Assembly: GCA_016208765.1 (NCBI GenBank)
Contig: JACQXK010000004.1
Coordinates: 84,243-148,242 of the forward strand
From: Candidatus Omnitrophota bacterium
GTDB lineage: Bacteria > Omnitrophota > Gorgyraeia > Gygaellales > Profunditerraquicolaceae
Direction: 5' to 3'
DNA: 64,000 nt
A program made the translations under genes and the position numbers. How positions within the stretch are numbered: the stretch's first letter is position 1; each line of letters starts with the position of its first letter. Positions 21,695 to 31,777 of the stretch are shown one piece after another. Under the pieces are notes generated by a model that did not search any database, was not told the origin of the DNA, and saw only the letters and a program-made list of their open reading frames with translations.

Positions 21695-22096
21695 TCAGGC
21701 ATTTGTTACCAAGAAATTCTTCTCCGATAACACGGAAAACTCATTAACCATATTTACAAGAGTTAGAATTGAAAATGGTTTTTCTAAATAACAATCCGCC
21801 CCTAAAATATGCGCAAAAAGCTTATCCTGAGGGCTGTTTTTAGCACTTACTACGATCACAAACACAGCAGAATTATTATTAGCCTTAAGCTCGCGGCAGA
21901 TCTGAAATCCATCTATACCCGGGAGCATAAGGTCTAAAATCACAATTCCAAATTGATCCTCTTTTAAAAGCCTCTGCGCCTGATAACCGTCATGGGCCTC
22001 TTTAACAGAGAAACCTTCTTTTTGCAAATTATAGTAAATTAACCTGCTGATATCCTTATCATCCTCAACAATAAGCGCTTTGCGCATACAAGACAT
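21695..22096 (-). CDS. Single-domain response regulator (receiver only)
   Basis: LIVEDD, LDLMLPGIDG and YLEKPF. No output domain. Confidence 0.88.
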   Translation of the reverse strand: MSCMRKALIVEDDKDISRLIYYNLQKEGFSVKEAHDGYQAQRLLKEDQFGIVILDLMLPGIDGFQICRELKANNNSAVFVIVVSAKNSPQDKLFAHILGADCYLEKPFSILTLVNMVNEFSVLSEKNFLVTNA

Positions 22097-22227
22097 CCTT
22101 TTTGTTCTTAAGCATACTGCCTATAAAAGGTATCAAGAGTTTGATTTTCCTCATTGATAACTTTTACAAGGTATTCTTTAATCACCTTTAATATTTTTTT
22201 CATCATGGCAAAAGTATAAGTTATGGG

Positions 22228-22266
22228 AGTTAAGGATGTTTGAAGGTAATGTAAAATGCGGGTAAA
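22228..22266 (-). promoter_or_regulatory. Probable Pho box upstream of the receiver-only gene
   Basis: TTTACC-N5-TTTACA followed by weaker repeats at an 11-bp period. Confidence 0.45.
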
Positions 22267-22368
22267 TTCGCGGATTGGATTATTTAGATCCTTCAGTCGG
22301 CTTTAGGCCTCCTTCAGGATGACTGAAGCATGGCTCATTCATGATGACGAATATTGCCATTCTGAGTT

Positions 22369-22394
22369 GTAGCGGACGTTTAAACGTCCGCTAC
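22369..22394. repeat. Perfect 26-bp GTAG-type REP-like palindrome downstream of greA
   Basis: GTAGCGGACGTTT|AAACGTCCGCTAC. Confidence 0.65.
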
Positions 22395-22450
22395 TGTGCC
22401 TTACAGGAGTATTTTTCAAGAAGTTAAACTGTTACTTGAATAAAAAGCGG

Positions 22451-22924
22451 TTATTCGCGGCTGATACTAAGGATTTTGTAACGAAGTTTTCCTGCAGGGA
22501 CACTTATTTCTGCAACATCATTTATCTTGCGGTTTAAAAGCCCGGAACCCACGGGCGAGGTGATAGAAATTTTATTCTGTTCATAATCAGATTCGTCCTC
22601 GGAAACTAAAGTATACTCAAGCTCTTCATCTGTATCTAAATCTTTTAATTTTACAGTAGCTCCAATTAAAACTTCATCACAAGACATTCCAACATCTTCA
22701 ATAATATGCGCGCCTGCTAATTTTGACTCAAGCTGATTAATCCTTGCCTCGTTATGCGCCTGAGCCTCTTTTGCTGCATCAAACTCGGAATTCTCAGAGA
22801 TATCCCCATGCGCGCGCGCCTCAGCAATTGCCTTGGATATTTCTTTTCTCTTTGTCTTCTTTAGATATTCCAGCTCTTCCATTAATTTTTGATATCCATT
22901 TTTAGTCAAATATGCTCCACTCAT
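22451..22924 (-). CDS. greA: Transcription elongation factor GreA
   Basis: ARAHGDISENSEFDAAKE and ISITSPVGSGL. Confidence 0.95.
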   Translation of the reverse strand: MSGAYLTKNGYQKLMEELEYLKKTKRKEISKAIAEARAHGDISENSEFDAAKEAQAHNEARINQLESKLAGAHIIEDVGMSCDEVLIGATVKLKDLDTDEELEYTLVSEDESDYEQNKISITSPVGSGLLNRKINDVAEISVPAGKLRYKILSISRE

Positions 22925-22929
22925 AAAAA

Positions 22930-24144
22930 TCAGGCCTCCTTAATTACCTTAAGCAGAATAAACCAAAATTTAGAACCTGCCCCCTCAAGGCTCTCCACTC
23001 CTACGCTTCCGCCATGCGCCTCTATGATATGTTTTACAATGGAAAGCCCTAAACCGGTGCCGCCTAATTCGCGCGAACGCGCCTTGTCAACACGATAAAA
23101 ACGCTCAAAGATCCTCGCTAAGTCCTTTTCTGGAATACCCATTCCAGTGTCTTCCACAATTATCTTTACCTTACCATCAAAATCCTGATGAGAAATGTTA
23201 ATTGTGCCTTGTGAACGATTAAATTTTATTGCATTATCCACTAAATTAACCAACACCTGCTCTATTTTAGCAGAATCAGCATTAACGAATAATTCTCCGG
23301 GCAGTTGATTTTCGGCGCTGACACCTTTTGCCTTAAACTGCGATTTAAAACCCTCCAAAACTTTATCAAGCAGTTGAGATATATTTGTTTTTTCAAGATT
23401 CAACGCCAAAGCCTTAGACTCAAGGTACGCCAAACTTAAAAGATCATTGATCAAACCGTCAAGACGGATTGTATGCTCATGGATAATTTCCAGGAAATTC
23501 CGGCTGTTTTCTCTATCCTCTATTGCGCCTTCTAAAAGTGTTTCCACAAAACCCTTAATTGAAGTAAGAGGGGTTTTTAGCTCATGCGAAACATTAGCCA
23601 CAAATTCCCTGCGCATTGCCTCAAGCTTTCTGATTTCTGTAATATCATGAATAACAATTAAACAACCGCTTATGGAACGCTCGCCGATAATGATTGCGGA
23701 GGCATTGATACTAAATATCCTCTGCACCGGCCAAACCAAAGACAATTCTTGAGAAATAAAACCTCCGCTTGTTAATACTTTGTTTGCGATTTCGGCGATA
23801 TCATTATTGCGGATCGCCTCAAGCAAATACCTGCCTTCCGCTTCTGACTTTTTAATACCGAATATATTTTCAGTTGCCGGATTTATAGAAATCACCTTTG
23901 CGTCCTTATCTATTGCCAAAACCCCTTCAATCATATTATCCAAGATGGCAACAGACTTTTTATTTTCCTGCTCAAGAAAAGCAATTCTTTTGGTAAATGC
24001 TCCGATAAGATTATTTATGGCAGAAACCAGCGGCGAAAGGCTTATCCCAGAGGAAAGCTCAACCTTTTCGTTTAGGCTGTCTTGAGAAATTTTATCAAGA
24101 CCGGTAATAAGAGATTTTATTTGTTTATTTGTAGCAAAAATCAT
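22930..24144 (-). CDS. phoR: PAS-containing sensor histidine kinase, PhoR-like (no transmembrane segment)
   Basis: FVANVSHELKTPLT, NLVDNAIK and FYRVDKARSRELGGTGLGL. Confidence 0.88.
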   Translation of the reverse strand: MIFATNKQIKSLITGLDKISQDSLNEKVELSSGISLSPLVSAINNLIGAFTKRIAFLEQENKKSVAILDNMIEGVLAIDKDAKVISINPATENIFGIKKSEAEGRYLLEAIRNNDIAEIANKVLTSGGFISQELSLVWPVQRIFSINASAIIIGERSISGCLIVIHDITEIRKLEAMRREFVANVSHELKTPLTSIKGFVETLLEGAIEDRENSRNFLEIIHEHTIRLDGLINDLLSLAYLESKALALNLEKTNISQLLDKVLEGFKSQFKAKGVSAENQLPGELFVNADSAKIEQVLVNLVDNAIKFNRSQGTINISHQDFDGKVKIIVEDTGMGIPEKDLARIFERFYRVDKARSRELGGTGLGLSIVKHIIEAHGGSVGVESLEGAGSKFWFILLKVIKEA

Positions 24145-24147
24145 GAA

Positions 24148-24843
24148 TTAATCCTCATCAAATTCAAAACGATACCCGTAATTCTTAACTGTAATAATGC
24201 GTTTTGACTGATTCTTTAACTTTTTGCGCAAAGACATAATGTGTACGTCTACGGTACGTGTTTGGATTTCCATGGCATGATCATAACCCCAGATAGAATC
24301 CAGAAGAAAATCCCGCGACAACACCCTTCCTTTTGCCTTAATTAAAGTAGTTAAGAGTTCAAATTCTTTTGATGAAAGAACAATTTGTTTTCCATTAACA
24401 AACACCTGAATTTTGGAAAAATCAATAGAAATACTGCCTATTTTCGTAATCTCCGCAGGCTTTTCGCTTTCCTTGCCCCTGCGCAACACCACCTTTACCC
24501 GCGCAATCAGCTCGCGAATACTAAACGGCTTAGTAATATAATCATCAGCTCCCAATTCAAGGCCGATAACTTTATCTGCTTCCTGCGATTTTGCAGTAAG
24601 CATGATCACCGGGATACCTGCGGTCTTTTCTTCTTTCTTAAGTTGTTTACACACCTCCAAGCCGTCAATCTCAGGGAGCATCAGGTCCAAGAGAATCAAA
24701 TCAGGGCGCTCTCTTCTGGCCAAATCCAAGGCATCTTCACCGTCATAAGCAAGGGCGGTGCGGAATCCTTCTTTTTTTAAGTTATAATCCAGCATCTTCA
24801 CAATATCTTTTTCGTCATCTACAATTAAAATTTTTTCTTTCAT
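24148..24843 (-). CDS. phoB: OmpR/PhoB family response regulator
   Basis: Receiver plus winged helix (TRTVDVHI). Adjacent to the pst locus. Confidence 0.88.
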   Translation of the reverse strand: MKEKILIVDDEKDIVKMLDYNLKKEGFRTALAYDGEDALDLARRERPDLILLDLMLPEIDGLEVCKQLKKEEKTAGIPVIMLTAKSQEADKVIGLELGADDYITKPFSIRELIARVKVVLRRGKESEKPAEITKIGSISIDFSKIQVFVNGKQIVLSSKEFELLTTLIKAKGRVLSRDFLLDSIWGYDHAMEIQTRTVDVHIMSLRKKLKNQSKRIITVKNYGYRFEFDED

Positions 24844-25514
24844 TTTTCCTTACTCCTGCAGGCATTAACGCACACGCCGCAAATATACTGGTCAACTAAA
24901 CGCTGTTTCTGAAAATCCTTTAGCTTCTCAAAACAAACCAGATGATCAAACTCTGCCGGATTATTCTTAATTGCACCAGCCGGGCATATTTTAACACAAC
25001 AAAAACAATCTCCACAGTTATCTTTCCCCGGATTGTCAGCTTTAAGAGGGAAATTAGTTAGAATTGTAACCAGGCGTAACTGGCTGCCGAATTTCTTGTT
25101 TACCAATAAATTATTTCTCCCCAACCATCCAAGGCCGGCTAACTCTCCTATTTTCTTATGAGAAAGATGCCCGGTTTGCTTTTGCCAATCAAGTATCTGC
25201 GAAGCAGGGATAGGAAGCGCTTTGAAACCCTTGCCTTGAATATAATTAACCAGCCGCAATGAAACCTGGTCAAGAGCATTATTTACCTGACGGTAATGAT
25301 GAAAATATAATCTCGTCGGAGAATCTGAGATCTCCTGAAGTACTGCCTGGGAAAGCCTGATGCCAAGACTAATAGCATAGTCCAGATTGTTTACTACTTC
25401 CGGCTTTAATACAAATTCATGGCGGATTTTCTTGATATCTGCCACACCAAACAAATCCACTCCTAAGCCTTGGCAGAATTTCTTAACTAATAAATAATTC
25501 TTCTTTTTATCCAT
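24840..25514 (-). CDS. Epoxyqueuosine reductase-like Fe-S protein
   Basis: SHKKIGELAGLGWLGRNNL, CGDCFCCVKICP and CGVCVNAC. Confidence 0.75.
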   Translation of the reverse strand: MDKKKNYLLVKKFCQGLGVDLFGVADIKKIRHEFVLKPEVVNNLDYAISLGIRLSQAVLQEISDSPTRLYFHHYRQVNNALDQVSLRLVNYIQGKGFKALPIPASQILDWQKQTGHLSHKKIGELAGLGWLGRNNLLVNKKFGSQLRLVTILTNFPLKADNPGKDNCGDCFCCVKICPAGAIKNNPAEFDHLVCFEKLKDFQKQRLVDQYICGVCVNACRSKEK

Positions 25515-27367
25515 TAAATCTTTCTTAAATAAACCATTAATATTGAAATCGCAGCCGGAGTAACTCCGGAAATCCTTGAAGCCTGGCCTAAATTCATCGG
25601 TTTAAATTTATTCAGTTTCTCTTTTATCTCGCGCGAAAGCCCAGGGATAACAGCATAATCTAAATCTTGCGCCAGCTTAATTTTTTCTAAATCTTTAAAC
25701 CTTTCCACTTCAACAAACTGGCGCTTGATAAACCCAGTATATTTTACCTCAATCTCAACCTGGCGCAAAGCAAATTCCGGGATCTTTTGGCCCACACCTG
25801 GCATACGCATTAAATCATGCAAGCTGACTTGCGGCCTTTTAAGAATATCCTCAAGAGTAGCCGGATTGCGCAGGCAAGGTGTGCCTAAATTCTCCAGAAA
25901 TTCATTCACCTGCTGATTAGGAGTAATCCTGTGAGAACGCAAAAATTTTATCCCATCTTCAATTTCCTGTTGTTTGGCTTGGGCATCTTTAAGTTCGGCT
26001 TCAGAAATTAAACCCAAATCATGCCCGATTTTTCTCAAACGTAAATCCGCGTTATCCTCGCGCAAAATCAAGCGGTATTCTACGCGGGATGTAAACATCC
26101 GATAAGGCTCTTGTGTGCCTTTTGTGGTTAAATCATCAACCAGGACCCCGATGTAACTATTTGCGCGCGTAAGGACCAGGGGGTCTTTTTCTTTTGCCCG
26201 CAAACCGGCATTGATCCCGGCAACTAAGCCCTGAGCTGCCGCCTCCTCATAACCGGTAGTCCCGTTAATCTGGCCGGCAATATATAAATTCCGGATTATT
26301 TTTGATTCTAAGGTGGGGAAAAGCTGGGTGGAATCAACCACAGTATGCTCAATACCATAACCAAAACGAATAACCCGCGCTTTTTCAAGGCCTTCAACAG
26401 AGTGTATAATTTCAAGCTGCACATCTTCAGGAAAACTTGTGGAGAGGCCATTGGGATAAACCTCGTCGGTATTTAATCCTTGCGGCTCAAGAAAAACCTG
26501 GTGGCGCTCTCTATCAGAGAACTTAACAATCTTATCCTCAATAGAAGGGCAATACCGCACGCCGGTGGCCTTAATAATCCCTGCATAAAGCGGAGAACGA
26601 TCAAGGTTATCTAAAATGATCTTATGCGTAGAAGGATTAGTATAGGTAATATAACAGGGAACTTGCTCTTGCCGGATTAATTTAGTAGAGAAAGAAAATG
26701 GCTGAGGCGGATTATCTCCGTTTTGTATAATTAATTTTGTGAAATCTATTGTATTTTTATCTAAACGCGGGCAGGTCCCGGTTTTAAACCTGAAAAGATT
26801 AAATCCAAGGCTTTTTAAGCTATCTGCAAGCTGGCTACTTGCCGGTTCATTTATCCTGCCACCACTAATTTTATTTAAGCCAATATGAATTATCCCGTCT
26901 AAGAACGTACCCGGGCAAACTACCACACAATCTGAAAGGATTTCTTCTTTCTTGCCTGTGATAACTCCGTAAACCTGAGATCCTCTGACAATTAAATCTT
27001 TAACCTCTGCCTCAACTATTTCAAGATTCTTCTGCCCGGAAACAACGCGCTGCATATATTGCTGATACAATTGCATGTCTACCTGCGCGCGGCTTGATTG
27101 CACTGCAGCGCCTTTAGAGGCATTCAAGATCCTGAATTGAATCCCGCTAAAATCAGCAGCCTTGGCCATCTCTCCTCCCAGGGCATCAATTTCTTTTACT
27201 AATTGGCCCTTACCAACTCCGCCGATTGCAGGATTACAGCTTAAAGCTCCGATGGTATTACGGTTTAAAGTCAGTATTGCTGTGTTAAGGCCCACCCTCG
27301 CGCAGCAAAGCGCTGCTTCAATACCAGCATGCCCGGCGCCAATAACTACGACATCATACTTATCCAT
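25514..27367 (-). CDS. mnmG: tRNA uridine 5-carboxymethylaminomethyl modification enzyme
   Basis: GAGHAGIEAA, SCNPAIGG, RYCPSIEDK and AGQINGTTGYEEAAAQG. Confidence 0.97.
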   Translation of the reverse strand: MDKYDVVVIGAGHAGIEAALCCARVGLNTAILTLNRNTIGALSCNPAIGGVGKGQLVKEIDALGGEMAKAADFSGIQFRILNASKGAAVQSSRAQVDMQLYQQYMQRVVSGQKNLEIVEAEVKDLIVRGSQVYGVITGKKEEILSDCVVVCPGTFLDGIIHIGLNKISGGRINEPASSQLADSLKSLGFNLFRFKTGTCPRLDKNTIDFTKLIIQNGDNPPQPFSFSTKLIRQEQVPCYITYTNPSTHKIILDNLDRSPLYAGIIKATGVRYCPSIEDKIVKFSDRERHQVFLEPQGLNTDEVYPNGLSTSFPEDVQLEIIHSVEGLEKARVIRFGYGIEHTVVDSTQLFPTLESKIIRNLYIAGQINGTTGYEEAAAQGLVAGINAGLRAKEKDPLVLTRANSYIGVLVDDLTTKGTQEPYRMFTSRVEYRLILREDNADLRLRKIGHDLGLISEAELKDAQAKQQEIEDGIKFLRSHRITPNQQVNEFLENLGTPCLRNPATLEDILKRPQVSLHDLMRMPGVGQKIPEFALRQVEIEVKYTGFIKRQFVEVERFKDLEKIKLAQDLDYAVIPGLSREIKEKLNKFKPMNLGQASRISGVTPAAISILMVYLRKI

Positions 27368-27378
27368 ATTTAAGTTAG

Positions 27379-28003
27379 TAAGTTAGGGACGGTTCTGAAA
27401 CACGGTTAAAAGTGTCCCTCTTCTAATAAATTTTATGTTAGAAATTGATATTTTTTGTGTCTATTATAATAGGAGGTGGTCAATATGCCAAGACAGGCAC
27501 GAATTATAACGGAAAATGGTTGTTATCATGTTATCACACGAGGCAACCAAAAACAATTGGTTTTTAAAGAGTTGAGCGATTATGAAATGTACTTAAGCAT
27601 TGTTTCCAAATATAAAAGGAAGTATAATTTTAAACTCTACTCTTTCTGCTTAATGCCTAATCATATACACTTGCTTTTAGAAGTAAACAACCCTTATTTT
27701 CTCAAAAAAGTTATGCATGGGCTGAATTTGAGCTACACGATATACTTTAATTCAAAATATGATAAGGTGGGGCATCTTTGGCAAGACAGATTTAAAAGTA
27801 AAATTATTCAAAAAGATGAATATTTAGCAGAGTGCATGAAGTATATAGAAACAAATCCGATGAGAGCATCTTTAGCTAAAAACATAACTACTTGGCGGTG
27901 GAGTAGCTATGTTTTCAAGTTAGAAAACAATTCCCTAATAGACGAGCTTACTATCTAATTAAGGGGACACTTTTAAGCGCAATTCAGAACCGTCCCTAAC
28001 TTA
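27379..28003. mobile_element. RAYT element bounded by 20-bp perfect inverted repeats, with inner GGGACAC/GTGTCCC repeats
   Basis: TAAGTTAGGGACGGTTCTGA at 27379-27398 and TCAGAACCGTCCCTAACTTA at 27984-28003. Inner AAAAGTGTCCC and GGGACACTTTT. Confidence 0.8.
27485..27958 (+). CDS. REP-associated tyrosine transposase (Y1/HUH, IS200-like)
   Basis: MPRQAR, YHVITRGN, LMPNHIHLL, GHLWQDRFKS, YIETNP and WRWSSY. AT-rich and the only clear plus-strand gene. Confidence 0.92.
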   Translation: MPRQARIITENGCYHVITRGNQKQLVFKELSDYEMYLSIVSKYKRKYNFKLYSFCLMPNHIHLLLEVNNPYFLKKVMHGLNLSYTIYFNSKYDKVGHLWQDRFKSKIIQKDEYLAECMKYIETNPMRASLAKNITTWRWSSYVFKLENNSLIDELTI

Positions 28004-29282
28004 AAGAGGCTAATTTTACAAGAAGCGGCATGATATCCTGTCCCATGATCTCACCGATAGAGCCATCTTTTGCGGCTTTTTCCGAGAAATTCTTTGTGCC
28101 ATCAGGCTTGATAGAACCTCCACAAACTAAAATCGGCACAGGGTCAGCAGTATGGGCCTTAACTTTGCAGGCAGTTGAGTGATCTGCAGTAACAGCGACT
28201 ATAGTATTGTTTAAATCTAATTTTGCCAAAAGATTCGTAAAAAAATACTTGTCAATAGCGTCAATACTTTCCTTTTTTTTCATGAAATCACCGTCGTGCG
28301 CCGGCTCATCAGGGCCTTTAATATGCACATAAATACCGTCGTATTTGCCGATAGATTCAAGTGCAAGCTTTGCCCAAATCGGATAATCCACTTCTGGCTT
28401 TGAACTTGATTCCGGGACATCAATAATTTCTATACCGGTTAATAACGCGATGCCTTTTTCTACGGGCATCTGCACAAAAGAACCAAACTTTAAATTAAAC
28501 AAACTCTTAATCGGAGGGAACACCGGCAGATGGTCTCCGGCATCGCGCGACAAAATTACATTCCCCGGCATTTTGCCTTCACTAACGCGCTTTTTATTTA
28601 CCGCGGAGTCATTTAACACTTTGTTTGACTTTTGCGTAAATTCATTTAAAAGAAGCGCTGCGGCTTTAGCCTCGGGGTTATTTTCATATCCGGGCATAGG
28701 CTCTGAAACAGCAACAAAATTCTCAAACTTTTCTTTGGCAACCCCAAAAACCCCTTCTCTGTCATATGCAGGATCTGTATTTGTGATCCAACCGCTTAAT
28801 TTGGAACGGATCCCGCGGATCACCAAGACGCCGCGATGCCCTATGGTATTCTTAAATTCAAATGTTCCACCTGACAAAGTAACCTTAGTATTAATTTCCT
28901 TTGCAAGCTCGGTTGCTTCTTCGGTGGTAAGATTCCTTCCCACACGCCTGTCCTTAATTGCTTTGCCGTCAGCGGCAACTGTTGCAAAATTAACCCTGAA
29001 TGCCACATCGCCGCTATTAACCTTTATGCCTTCGGCAAAAGACTCCAGCGGGCCGCGGCCGGTATAATATTTATGCGCATCATAACCTAACAAACTTATT
29101 ACCGCAATATCAGACTCAGGGGCAATACCCTTTGCAACCGTATACACCAAACCAGTCCTGCCTTTTTGGCAAAGCCCGTCCATATTAGGCGTTAGCGCTG
29201 CCTCAAGCGGGGTTTTGTTGCCTAATTCTGCAATAGGCTGATCGCCCAAACCGTCAAGCACGATGTAAACTATCTTCTTCAT
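27996..29282 (-). CDS. apgM: 2,3-bisphosphoglycerate-independent phosphoglycerate mutase (ApgM type)
   Basis: LDGLGD, KTPLEAA, TGRGPLE, HIKGPDEPAHDG and TADHST. Confidence 0.9.
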   Translation of the reverse strand: MKKIVYIVLDGLGDQPIAELGNKTPLEAALTPNMDGLCQKGRTGLVYTVAKGIAPESDIAVISLLGYDAHKYYTGRGPLESFAEGIKVNSGDVAFRVNFATVAADGKAIKDRRVGRNLTTEEATELAKEINTKVTLSGGTFEFKNTIGHRGVLVIRGIRSKLSGWITNTDPAYDREGVFGVAKEKFENFVAVSEPMPGYENNPEAKAAALLLNEFTQKSNKVLNDSAVNKKRVSEGKMPGNVILSRDAGDHLPVFPPIKSLFNLKFGSFVQMPVEKGIALLTGIEIIDVPESSSKPEVDYPIWAKLALESIGKYDGIYVHIKGPDEPAHDGDFMKKKESIDAIDKYFFTNLLAKLDLNNTIVAVTADHSTACKVKAHTADPVPILVCGGSIKPDGTKNFSEKAAKDGSIGEIMGQDIMPLLVKLASLS

Positions 29283-29323
29283 GATTTATCTCCAATCTAA
29301 ATATTTGTTATTGAATAACTAAT

Positions 29324-31618
29324 TTAACACTTTGAAAAACCGCAGGCATAACACTTCATACAGCCTTCTTCATGACGAAGCGCTCCGCCGCAATCAGGAC
29401 AAACTCCAACAATATTACCGTGCTCCTCAAGCAAAGAGGTTCCGTTTTCATCATCGCTGGAATGTTTCATTGCTAAAGCTGATGCCTCAACATTTACATT
29501 TAAATGCTGGCTGTTTAAGAGCCTTTTTTCAACTACACGGGCAATTGCATCAGCACAAGAAAAAATCCTCTGGCCCTTTTCCCATGAAGGGCTTGGGCAA
29601 CGGATATTGCGCAACTGCTCAATAATTGACTTTACTTCAATACCTGAACGAAAACCCAAAGACACCAAACGGCCGATTGCTTCAAGCTGGCTTGCTGCGC
29701 AACCGCCGGCTTTCCCCATCTGGGTAAACAACTCAAAGGGCTTTCCTTTTTCATCCTCGTTGATAGTAACATAAAGATTACCACATCCTGTGGCAACCTT
29801 AGTGGTCGTTCCAATGGTAACTTCCGGCCGCGGACGGGGAGCAATCTCTTTTAACGGCTGCGAAGATTCCTGCGGCTTATTTTTATCATCCTTACGCATA
29901 ATATTTAAAACCTGCTCTTCGCGGCTTCCGTCGCGATAAATAGTAATTCCTTTACATCCTAACTCATAGGCCAACAAATATGCCCCGCGCACATCTTCCA
30001 TTGTTGCATCGTGGGTAAAGTTAATTGTTTTAGAGGTAGCATTATGCACACATTTCTGAAATGCAGCCTGCATGCGCACGTGCCACTCAGGAGAAATATC
30101 ATGGGAGACAACAAAAATCTTTTTCACATCCTCAGGGATCCCCTCTACATGCTGCACAGAACCGCTCTCAGCAATTTTTTCCATCAGTTCTCTGGTGTAA
30201 AAACCGCGCTCTTTGGCGATTTCTTCAAAAAGCGGCTCTGTTTCTACAAGCTTATCATTATCCATAACATTACGGTAAAAAGAAACTGCGAATAGCGGCT
30301 CAACCCCGGAGGAGCATGGCCCTGCGATAATACTGATAGTTCCCGTCGGAGCAATGGTAGTGATGGTGGCATTACGCATCTTTAGCGGAGAATCCTTTTT
30401 ATCATAAATGCTGTCTTTAAACGCGGGAAAAACGCCCTTTTGAGCAGCAAGTTCCTGCGACTTTTTCATGCCCTCGGTCATAATAAAACACATTACTTTC
30501 TCAGCCAAAGCTACCGCCTCTTCGCTATTATAAGGAATGCCCATGCGGATCAAAAGGCTTGCCCAGCCCATTACGCCCAAGCCGATTTTACGCGTCGCCT
30601 TTGTGGCCTTTTCTATTTCAGGAAGAGGAAACTTGTTTACATCAATTAAGTTATCCAAAAAGTGAACAGCAAGCCGGGTTACTTCTTTTAACCTGTCCCA
30701 ATCAACTTCGTAACGGGTGCCGATCTTTTTGTAAAGTTTTACCAGGTTAATTGAACCAAGGTCGCAGCTCTCATACGGCAGAAGCGGCTGCTCACCGCAG
30801 GGATTTGTGCTTTCAATGGCTCCAAGCTTTGGGGTCGGGTTACCCTGATTTAAACGATCAATAAAAATAATGCCGGGTTCTCCATTTTTATGCGCCTGCT
30901 TTACCACTAAATCAAAAACTTCTTTGGGATTGATCTTCCTGACAAACTCGTTGCCGTGGGGATCAATTAAATCATACTCTTTTTGCTCCTGCAGATTTTT
31001 CATAAAATCATCGGTAATAGCCACAGAAATATTAAAATTGTTTATCTGATCGTTGTTCTCTTTGCAGCAAATAAATTCCAGTATGTCCGGATGATCCACG
31101 CGAAGGATGCCCATATTCGCTCCGCGGCGGGTTCCACCTTGCTTGACCGCCTCGGTTGCTGCATCATAAACCTTCATAAATGATACCGGGCCGGAAGCAA
31201 CTCCTCCGGTTGAACGCACCACTGAATTCTTTGCACGAAGCCGCGAAAAAGAAAAACCTGTTCCTCCGCCTGATTTATGGATCATCGCAGTTGCTTTTAA
31301 GGTCTCAAAAATTGATTCCATTGAATCATTAACAGGAAGCGTAAAACAGGCAGACAACTGCCCAAGCTCTTTTCCGGCATTCATCAGGCAGGGTGAATTT
31401 GGCAAAAATTCTAAGCTCGTCATAATACGATAAAATGAATCCCTGATTTTTTCAACCTCCTGAGCATTCTTGCCATAAAGCCTGTCTGCATCAGCAATGG
31501 CAGCAGCAACCCGCTTAAACATGCCATCCGGAGTTTCTATCACCTTTCCCTTTTCGTCTTTCTTAAGATACCTGCGCTCTAACACCTTAATTGCATTTTC
31601 AGATAACTCTAAACTCAT
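29324..31618 (-). CDS. nrdJ: Class II (B12-dependent) ribonucleotide reductase with C-terminal TSCPD domain
   Basis: PNSPCLMNAG, SACF, QGGTRRGANM, TNPCGEQ, TIAPTGTIS, SCAD and a C-terminal Zn ribbon. Confidence 0.95.
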   Translation of the reverse strand: MSLELSENAIKVLERRYLKKDEKGKVIETPDGMFKRVAAAIADADRLYGKNAQEVEKIRDSFYRIMTSLEFLPNSPCLMNAGKELGQLSACFTLPVNDSMESIFETLKATAMIHKSGGGTGFSFSRLRAKNSVVRSTGGVASGPVSFMKVYDAATEAVKQGGTRRGANMGILRVDHPDILEFICCKENNDQINNFNISVAITDDFMKNLQEQKEYDLIDPHGNEFVRKINPKEVFDLVVKQAHKNGEPGIIFIDRLNQGNPTPKLGAIESTNPCGEQPLLPYESCDLGSINLVKLYKKIGTRYEVDWDRLKEVTRLAVHFLDNLIDVNKFPLPEIEKATKATRKIGLGVMGWASLLIRMGIPYNSEEAVALAEKVMCFIMTEGMKKSQELAAQKGVFPAFKDSIYDKKDSPLKMRNATITTIAPTGTISIIAGPCSSGVEPLFAVSFYRNVMDNDKLVETEPLFEEIAKERGFYTRELMEKIAESGSVQHVEGIPEDVKKIFVVSHDISPEWHVRMQAAFQKCVHNATSKTINFTHDATMEDVRGAYLLAYELGCKGITIYRDGSREEQVLNIMRKDDKNKPQESSQPLKEIAPRPRPEVTIGTTTKVATGCGNLYVTINEDEKGKPFELFTQMGKAGGCAASQLEAIGRLVSLGFRSGIEVKSIIEQLRNIRCPSPSWEKGQRIFSCADAIARVVEKRLLNSQHLNVNVEASALAMKHSSDDENGTSLLEEHGNIVGVCPDCGGALRHEEGCMKCYACGFSKC

Positions 31619-31706
31619 ACCCACCTCCTCGCAGAAAAACTTTCTCTGAATTTGTCAAATCTAAAACAAAGTATAGCAATCTTATAAAAAACTGTCAATA
31701 GAAAAA

Positions 31707-31722
31707 ATACAATATATGGTGT
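31707..31722. promoter_or_regulatory. Probable NrdR box
   Basis: ATACAATATATGGTGT resembles the acaCwAtATaTwGtgt consensus and lies upstream of nrdJ. Confidence 0.55.
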
Positions 31723-31777
31723 CCATATCATGGCAGGATACAATAAGTTGTGCCGACGGAAGAATAATTTAAACGAG

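Noticed and set aside
28450-29067. 205-aa plus-strand ORF (also 18739-19281)
   Set aside because: Antisense to the well-supported genes apgM and pstC.
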